DNA from: Candidatus Nanopusillus sp.
Lineage (GTDB): Archaea > Nanobdellota > Nanobdellia > Nanobdellales > Nanobdellaceae
DNA: 32,000 nt
Assembly: GCA_046536775.1 (NCBI GenBank)
Contig: JAWDMD010000001.1
Coordinates: 1 to 32,000 of the forward strand
Direction: 5' to 3'
The notes under the pieces are model-generated. The model was given only the letters and a program-made list of their open reading frames with translations. It did no database searches and was not told where the DNA came from. Position numbers and translations under genes: made by a program. Positions 26,094 to 32,000 of the stretch are shown in pieces (position 1 is the first letter of the stretch; every line of letters starts with the position of its first letter).

Positions 26094-26693
26094 TTATAAC
26101 ATTTTTATTGCAGATATAATTATATCTATCGCTATTGCTAATAATATTAAACCCCCCAATTTATTTAGAATAATTAAATTCTTCTTTCCAGCTTTTTCCA
26201 ATATTAAAGTACTATTATAAATTATTATATAAGAAACTAAAAATGCTGAAGACATAGATAAAAATAGATATATTAAATTGAGATTTTCAGATGTATATAT
26301 TAATGTTGTTGTAATAACGCCGGGACCTGTAATTAATGGAATAGCTAATGGGGTTGCAATAATATCTTCTAAAGATTCATTATTATCTTTTATATTTACA
26401 TGAGATGGAATATCTTTTACTAATATTTCAAATGCAATATAAAATAAAAATATTCCTCCTGCGATCCTAAAATCTATTAAATCTATTCCTAAAACTACTA
26501 AAAACCAATTACCAAATAAAAATATTATTAACCATAATATATAGGCAATTAAAAAAGATCTGTTAATTGCATATCTTTTTTTATCTATATTTAATCCTAA
26601 AGAATCAAAGATTGATTCAAAAATAAATATATTGGGAATAGTTCCTAGTATAATAAACATAGTAATAAATACATTAATATAATTCTCTATCAT
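26094..26693 (-). CDS. MarC-family (UPF0056) integral membrane protein
   Basis: 199 aa with about 6 TM helices. The family signature region is IIATPLAIPLITGPGVITTTLIY. Confidence 0.78.
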   Translation of the reverse strand: MIENYINVFITMFIILGTIPNIFIFESIFDSLGLNIDKKRYAINRSFLIAYILWLIIFLFGNWFLVVLGIDLIDFRIAGGIFLFYIAFEILVKDIPSHVNIKDNNESLEDIIATPLAIPLITGPGVITTTLIYTSENLNLIYLFLSMSSAFLVSYIIIYNSTLILEKAGKKNLIILNKLGGLILLAIAIDIIISAIKML

Positions 26694-26901
26694 AAACTAA
26701 GTATACCTTCACGAATCTTTTAAAATAAATACCTTTGTATTTGTTTTTTAAATTTGAAAAAATTATCTCATAAATTTAGGATATAATATTTATAAGAATT
26801 ATTTTTATTACTATATAGTAATGATCTAATCTAATAAAAAATTAGATGATATAATAAAAAAGGAATATAAAGATATTAACGCTTATTTTAAAAACCTAAA
26901 T

Positions 26902-27675
26902 ATGAATAAAAAAGCAGGACTTATAATTAGAGGAGGAATTAAATTACCAGAACATATTATTTATTATTTATTTTTGGGAACTATAATAAGTTTATGGGCA
27001 ATTTACAATCCTACAATCTATGTACCAATAAATTATGCAATATATGCTACACTTTTTGGCTTTCAAATACGAAAATATGATAAGTCTATCGCATATTACT
27101 CACCATTTCTTAGATCTATTTACATTAAAAAGAACAATATAAAAGAAAAAACAAATTATATAATAAATAAGATTTATTCTAATAATATAGAAATAAAAGA
27201 AGATAGTATTATTGCAATTAATTTTTTCATAGATAATATAGTATATTATCCAGTATATATAGATAAAGATAAAAATAATATAGAAGAAATTATATCAAGA
27301 CCTCTTATAAAGAGTGCTTTAGCTCATGAAAAATCTCATCAAATTGTTGGTATAAGCGAGATAAAAGCTTCTGCTTTGGGATTTTTAGTATATTTTGATA
27401 TGTATAACTTATATAAATATGAAAAAGCTAAAGAAGTTGTAAGAAGAAATATAAAAAGATGTATGGAATATGTTGAAAGTAATAATAGGTATAATCCTTA
27501 CACTATTGGAGAATGTTATGGAAATATTGTCTTATATGAAAATAACTTTTCAATAAATATAATAGAAGAAATAAAGAAACTTAAACATATGAAAAATAAA
27601 AATATTATAGAGAAAGTAAAAAATTATACTCTTAATTACTCAAATGAAAATATTTTAAAATATTCTTTGAATTAA
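26902..27675 (+). CDS. Gluzincin-like family, paralogue 3, membrane-anchored, intact HExxH (HEKSH)
   Basis: The TM helices are IIYYLFLGTIISLWAIY and VPINYAIYATLFGF. Then come YYSPFLRSIYIK and SALAHEKSHQIVGISEIKASALGFLVY. The C-terminal region KRC...NPYTIGECYGNIVLYENNFSINI is shared with paralogue 2. The in-frame sequence upstream (26830-26901) still encodes the family N-terminus but lacks a usable ATG. Confidence 0.6.
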   Translation: MNKKAGLIIRGGIKLPEHIIYYLFLGTIISLWAIYNPTIYVPINYAIYATLFGFQIRKYDKSIAYYSPFLRSIYIKKNNIKEKTNYIINKIYSNNIEIKEDSIIAINFFIDNIVYYPVYIDKDKNNIEEIISRPLIKSALAHEKSHQIVGISEIKASALGFLVYFDMYNLYKYEKAKEVVRRNIKRCMEYVESNNRYNPYTIGECYGNIVLYENNFSINIIEEIKKLKHMKNKNIIEKVKNYTLNYSNENILKYSLN

Positions 27676-27764
27676 ATTATATATGGACTTGGATCGGAAG
27701 ATTTAATGATAAAGATGTTTTTATTAATAAATTCTATAAATTGAATTATATAATTAATTATGCT

Positions 27765-29315
27765 ATGGAGGATAAAGATTTATCTAAAAGTGGTTTAGAG
27801 ATAGATATTATAGCTAGATTAAAAGTATTGGAGAAAATGAAAGAAAAAGGATATAATCCATATCCATATGAATTTGATAAGACAAATGATGTAAAGGAAA
27901 TAGCAAATGATCCTAATAGATTTATGGATAAGTATGTTAAAATTGCTGGAAGAGTTTATTCAACCAGAAAACATGGTGGAATTGTATTCTACGATATAAA
28001 GGAGGAAGGTTACAGAATACAGGTTGTTATTAAAAAAGATATAACAAAGAATTTTGAAGATGCATATGAATTTATTCAGAGAGGAGATATAATTGGTGTA
28101 TATGGAAAGATAGGAAAAACAAAGGCTGGAGAGTTATCTTTATTTGCTGAGGATTGGATTATATTAACAAAATCATTAATTTCTTTACCAGATCAGTGGT
28201 ATGGATTTGATGATGTAGAAGAAAGATATAGAAAAAGGTATTTAGATCTATTAATGAATGACGAAGTAAGGAGATATTTTGAAATAAGATTTAAAACAAT
28301 AAGTTATGTTAGGAAATATTTTGAAAATTTAGAATATATAGAGGTTCAAACACCAGTATTACAACCAGTATACGGAGGAGCAAATGCAAAACCATTTATT
28401 ACATATGTAAATGATTTAAAGGAAAACTGGTATTTGAGAATTGCCACAGAACTATACTTAAAAAGATACATAGTTGGGGGATTTAATAAAGTATTTGAAA
28501 TTGGACCAGATTTTAGGAATGAATCAATAGATGTAACTCATAATCCAGAATTTACAATGTTAGAAGCCTATGAAGCTTATGCAAATAGAGATAAAATGAT
28601 GGAAATAGTAGAAAATTTAATATATGGAATTGCAAAGGACGTTATTGGAAAAGATTATATTGAATATGATAGTAAAAAAATATCATTAAAACCACCTTGG
28701 AAAAGGTTAACAATGTATGATGCATTAAAGGAATATGCAAACATAGATGTAACAAAATTATCTGATGATGAAATAATGGAAATAATGAAACAGAATAATA
28801 TTCAACTAGAATTAAAAGAATATAATAGGGGTTTGGCAATTACTGCATTATTTGAAGAATTGGTTGAAGACAAATTAATTGAGCCAACATATATTATAGA
28901 ACATCCAAAAGAAAGTACACCCTTATGTAAAATAAGCAGAAAAGATCCATCTTTAGTTGAAAGAGCAGAAGGATATATTTTAGGAGTAGAAGTTACAAAT
29001 ATATATTCTGAATTAAACGATTCAATATTACAAAATAAATTATTATTGGAACAGTCAAAAATGAGAGAATTAGGATTTGAAGAAGCACATCTATATGATC
29101 AAGACTTTGTAGAAGCATTAATGTATGGAATGCCACCAACAGGAGGAATTGGAATAGGTATAGATAGGGTAATAATGTTACTATTAGGAATAAAAAGTAT
29201 AAAGGAAATTATACCATTTCCAATGATCAAGAAAAAAACAGAAAGTGAAGCTGCAAAAATGTTGACAAAATATACAATAGAAAATCCAATTGTAAAAGGT
29301 TATGAAAAATATTAG
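27765..29315 (+). CDS. lysS: Lysyl-tRNA synthetase, class II
   Basis: It has an N-terminal OB anticodon-binding domain (VKIAGRVYSTRKHGGIVFYDIKEEGYRIQVV). Class II motif 2 is FRNESIDVTHNPEFTMLE and motif 3 is GIGIGIDRVIMLL. I chose the ATG at 27765 (MEDKDL), with tctataaatt about 28 nt upstream. Confidence 0.92.
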   Translation: MEDKDLSKSGLEIDIIARLKVLEKMKEKGYNPYPYEFDKTNDVKEIANDPNRFMDKYVKIAGRVYSTRKHGGIVFYDIKEEGYRIQVVIKKDITKNFEDAYEFIQRGDIIGVYGKIGKTKAGELSLFAEDWIILTKSLISLPDQWYGFDDVEERYRKRYLDLLMNDEVRRYFEIRFKTISYVRKYFENLEYIEVQTPVLQPVYGGANAKPFITYVNDLKENWYLRIATELYLKRYIVGGFNKVFEIGPDFRNESIDVTHNPEFTMLEAYEAYANRDKMMEIVENLIYGIAKDVIGKDYIEYDSKKISLKPPWKRLTMYDALKEYANIDVTKLSDDEIMEIMKQNNIQLELKEYNRGLAITALFEELVEDKLIEPTYIIEHPKESTPLCKISRKDPSLVERAEGYILGVEVTNIYSELNDSILQNKLLLEQSKMRELGFEEAHLYDQDFVEALMYGMPPTGGIGIGIDRVIMLLLGIKSIKEIIPFPMIKKKTESEAAKMLTKYTIENPIVKGYEKY

Positions 29316-31753
29316 GCTCTTCCAATTCCAAATCTTTTTAGTAATATTTTTATATTATCATTTACCAAAAATATAAAGAATGAACTATATAATACTACAA
29401 ATAAATAATAGTAAATATTTATTGGAGCCAATAGTCCAAATCCAAATAATGAAATTATAGTTGCAATTATTAATCCCGCAATTGTAGATATTAAGAATAT
29501 TTTACTTGGTTTTGATTTATAAAATCTATCTTTTTCCCTAAATATATATGGCATTAGTAGACCAAAATATGTTATTGATATAAAGAAAAAAGAATGCAAG
29601 AGATGAATATTATTTATTTTAAATATATTTAGTGCTATATATAATAATAAAGACATTTCAGAAAATGTAAATATACCCATTATACCAGCATATTTTACCA
29701 ATTTTAATATATCCCATTTTTCAGGATATTGCGATCCTCTTTCATCATCTACAGACAATGCTATTGTTTGAAAATCTATGATAAAGAAAAATAATAATAC
29801 CTCTGTAGATGATAAAATATATAATGGACTATGATAAAAAATTATAGTAAATAAAAATACAGACAAGACAAATACTGCAATTTCTATTGTCTTATTTATT
29901 TTTGTTAATATCCAAGTAACAACTCTTTGATATACAGATCTTCCAATCATAACTAAATCTACAATACCTTGTAAACCTTCTACTGTTAATACAACAGAAG
30001 CTGCAGATTTTGCAACATCTGTCGCATTATATACTGCTATACCAACCTCTGCTTGTTTTAATGATGGGGAATCATTTACACCATCTCCAGTCATTCCGAC
30101 AATTTCTTTTTTTTCTTGTAGGTTTTTTACAATATAATATTTGTCTTCAGGATATATTTCTGCAAATATTTCAGATTCATTTATTAATTTCCTTGCTCTA
30201 TCAGGATCACTTTTTAATAATTCTCTTAATTCATTTCCAGATACTATTTTATCATAATCTAATCCAATTTCTTTTCCAATTTCTTTTGCAATTGGTAATG
30301 AATCTCCGGTTAACATTTTTACTTTTACCCCAAGATCTTTTAATTTTTTAATTAATTCTAGGGTATCTTTCCTTGGAACATCATATAACGCAACAAGACC
30401 AATGGGTTCCCATCTATCATTATTATTTATTGCAACTGCCAAAGTTCTATAGCCTCTTGATGCAAAATCATCAACTATTTTTGATACTTCTTTAGGTATA
30501 TTTATTTTACATAAATCATTAAATATAATATTTACTGCACCCTTTGATACATAAAATATTTTATCTTTATATAATACTTTTGCTTCTGTTCTTCTAGTAG
30601 AAGGATCAAATGGTTTAAATTCTAATATTTTATAATCATTTTTATTTATATTAATTTCTTTTGCTTTATTAATAAATGCCATATCTATTGGATCATTATT
30701 TGATTCTTGAGATGCTAATGTTCCATACAATATCACATCCTCTTTTTTATAATTATCTAATTCTTTTATATCTGTTATAGATAACCTATTATATGTCAAA
30801 GTACCTGTTTTATCTGAACATAAGGTTGTCATTGTTGAAGCATCTTCTATTGCAGATAATCTTGTAATTAATGCTCCCTTTTTTGACAATTCCATAGAAC
30901 CAACTGCCATTGTAACTGTTATCATTACTGGTAATGCTACTGGAATCGCAAAAAGCAATAAAGATATAATTAAAGGTAATACAGTAGAAAGTATAAACTC
31001 CAAATTATGAATATATAAAAATGAGAGTAATAATGTTAATCCACCAAATATTAATACAATTATTAATAATGCAAATATAATTTTATTTGTTGTTTCTTCG
31101 ATATGTAATTTTGGTCTTGCAGTAGATACCAGTTCTACTGTTTTTCCAAAATATGTATTCTTTCCAGTTTTATATACAATACAATTTGCTTCACCTCTTC
31201 TTATAATTGATCCCGAATATATAATCTGTCCCTTTTTCTTTTCAACTGTTAAAGATTCTCCAGTTAATACAGATTGATCTATCTCTAATGTATCATCGCT
31301 AACAATTATACAATCCGCAGGGGATATATCTCCAGCCCTTAATCTTATTATATCCCCTGGAACTAAATATTTTGATTCAGTTAACTTCCATTGTCCTTCC
31401 CTTAATACTCTCGCCTGTATTTGTAATTTTTCTTTTAATAATTCTAATGCTTTGTTTGCTTTTTCTTCATGTATAAGAGATATTAATACATTAATAAATA
31501 ATAAGAATAAAACTAAAGATGCATCTATATATCTTCCAAATATAAAATATAGTATTATAATAATTTCCAGCATTATTGAGGACAATGAAACAAATTTTTT
31601 CAAAAATTTAATCAAATTACTTTCCTTTTTTTCTTCTATTAAATTATATCCATATTCTTTTAACCTTTTATCAACTTCTTCTTTTGTTAAACCATAATCT
31701 AAATCTGAACTTAGTTCTTGAAGAACCTTTGATAATTCTACATTATCATTCAT
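29312..31753 (-). CDS. P-type ATPase, P3A (plasma-membrane H+-ATPase-like) subfamily
   Basis: The phosphorylation site is CSDKTGTLT and the hinge is MTGDGVNDSPSLKQAEVGIAV. The N-terminal half YGLTKEEVDKRLKEYGYNLIEEKKESNLIKFL...VLREGQWKLTESKYLVPGDIIRLRAGDISPADCIIV..LEIDQSVLTGESLTVEKKKGQIIYSGS..TGKNTYFGKTVELV aligns closely with my recollection of plant and fungal H+-ATPases (GL..EE...RL..fG.N.LEEKKES.lLKFL...VLRDGkW.E.....LVPGDI...LGDIiPAD..l..gdpLkvDQSALTGESLPV.K.pG..vfSGS). Confidence 0.92.
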   Translation of the reverse strand: MNDNVELSKVLQELSSDLDYGLTKEEVDKRLKEYGYNLIEEKKESNLIKFLKKFVSLSSIMLEIIIILYFIFGRYIDASLVLFLLFINVLISLIHEEKANKALELLKEKLQIQARVLREGQWKLTESKYLVPGDIIRLRAGDISPADCIIVSDDTLEIDQSVLTGESLTVEKKKGQIIYSGSIIRRGEANCIVYKTGKNTYFGKTVELVSTARPKLHIEETTNKIIFALLIIVLIFGGLTLLLSFLYIHNLEFILSTVLPLIISLLLFAIPVALPVMITVTMAVGSMELSKKGALITRLSAIEDASTMTTLCSDKTGTLTYNRLSITDIKELDNYKKEDVILYGTLASQESNNDPIDMAFINKAKEININKNDYKILEFKPFDPSTRRTEAKVLYKDKIFYVSKGAVNIIFNDLCKINIPKEVSKIVDDFASRGYRTLAVAINNNDRWEPIGLVALYDVPRKDTLELIKKLKDLGVKVKMLTGDSLPIAKEIGKEIGLDYDKIVSGNELRELLKSDPDRARKLINESEIFAEIYPEDKYYIVKNLQEKKEIVGMTGDGVNDSPSLKQAEVGIAVYNATDVAKSAASVVLTVEGLQGIVDLVMIGRSVYQRVVTWILTKINKTIEIAVFVLSVFLFTIIFYHSPLYILSSTEVLLFFFIIDFQTIALSVDDERGSQYPEKWDILKLVKYAGIMGIFTFSEMSLLLYIALNIFKINNIHLLHSFFFISITYFGLLMPYIFREKDRFYKSKPSKIFLISTIAGLIIATIISLFGFGLLAPINIYYYLFVVLYSSFFIFLVNDNIKILLKRFGIGRA

Positions 31754-31809
31754 ACTATAAAAACTTCCTTATTATTTATAAAGAATGATAGCTAAAAAAT
31801 CCTTTATTT

Positions 31810-32000
31810 CTACCTATTATCTCCACTACCTTGTAGAGTTCCTCTTTCTTTTCTACCTCTAACTTTCTTCAAATTATATTCTGCAACTTCTTCTAGAGAA
31901 ATATTAAATCTTCTTGAAGTTTCTGAAAGATACCATAAAATATCTCCAAGTTCTGATATAATTTCTTCCCTTGGTATTTGAATATTATCCCTAGCAATTT
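31810..32000 (-). CDS. MazG-like nucleoside triphosphate pyrophosphohydrolase, partial (N-terminus beyond the window end)
   Basis: The minus-strand translation from the window edge is IARDNIQIPREEIISELGDILWYLSETSRRFNISLEEVAEYNLKKVRGRKERGTLQGSGDNR*. It matches the MazG-type pattern ElGDvLWyl..la...gi.leev...nl.Kl..R...g.l.G.G..R. The stop is the revcomp of 31810-31812. Confidence 0.72.
   Translation of the reverse strand, partial: IARDNIQIPREEIISELGDILWYLSETSRRFNISLEEVAEYNLKKVRGRKERGTLQGSGDNR

Noticed and set aside
26807-26822. A perfect 16-nt palindrome, attactatatagtaat, overlaps the ancestral start of paralogue 3. It could be an operator site.
   Set aside because: In DNA this AT-rich, my rough estimate is that a few perfect 16-nt palindromes are expected by chance in 32 kb. 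The motif does not recur upstream of paralogues 1 and 2.
6515-31697. Many 60-130 aa track ORFs lie antisense to or nested in large genes: 6515-6793, 7069-7284, 8192-8476, 9530-9796, 12057-12254, 12288-12530, 13176-13361, 13620-13829, 14673-14918, 14981-15262, 16652-16843, 17723-18109, 18738-18926, 21003-21200, 22609-22875, 28642-28839, 30010-30351 and 31452-31697.
   Set aside because: Their translations are low-complexity F/L/I/Y-rich mirror images of K/N/E/I-rich genes on the other strand. Each overlaps a gene with strong family signatures. None has a recognisable motif or a plausible promoter.
1-32000. I looked for CRISPR arrays, IS elements or transposases, integrases, toxin-antitoxin pairs, rRNA genes and inteins in the large proteins.
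   Set aside because: I noticed no regularly spaced direct repeats. No ORF has transposase or integrase motifs. RadA, ligase, the helicases, LysRS and the ATPase have normal lengths and contiguous motifs, so no intein-sized insertions are present. This is a by-eye search and could miss short or degenerate elements.

Overview
The window is a very AT-rich, tightly packed archaeal chromosome segment. Sampled 60-nt lines give about 17% G+C in typical coding DNA. Genes often overlap at ATGA or TAATG stop/start junctions, and TATA-like boxes sit about 26-29 nt upstream of ATG codons, which suggests leaderless mRNAs. Three tRNA genes have almost fully G:C stems, and one carries an intron.

The coding content is mostly conserved information-processing and DNA-repair genes:
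- Repair and replication: XPD helicase (partial), RadA, an alkyltransferase-like/endonuclease V fusion, endonuclease III, PCNA, a histone, a DEAD/DEAH helicase with a C-terminal DUF1998 Zn module, ATP-dependent DNA ligase, a DUF99 protein, endonuclease IV and MazG (partial).
- Translation and RNA: ribosomal proteins S8e and L15e, an Sm-like protein, aIF5A, TrmI and class II LysRS.
- Other: MBF1, SufC with a miniature SufB/D-like partner, an M16 peptidase, SecD, a MarC-family protein and a P3A-type H+-ATPase-like pump.

Composition, the GC-rich tRNAs, the split genes and the compaction fit a thermophilic reduced-genome archaeon of the Nanoarchaeota/DPANN kind. That placement is inference only.

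The unusual regions are:
1. 1796-3148 is a pilin-like (class III signal peptide) surface-protein gene. Its LamG/ConA-like lectin core (about 2085-2625) is 50-60% G+C with foreign codon usage, embedded in-frame in native AT-rich sequence. A single in-frame TAA interrupts the gene just after the signal peptide, and two tRNA genes bracket it.
2. 24114-27675 holds three divergent paralogues of an uncharacterised gluzincin-like (HExxH) family around a MarC-family gene. One has an intact motif, one a degenerate motif (HGISH), and one is split exactly in front of the motif.
3. In the ATL/EndoV fusion, both halves carry substitutions at canonical catalytic positions.

I saw no CRISPR array, transposase, integrase or rRNA. 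I cannot demonstrate a complete new multi-gene system from sequence alone. Items 1 and 2 are the best candidates for follow-up.
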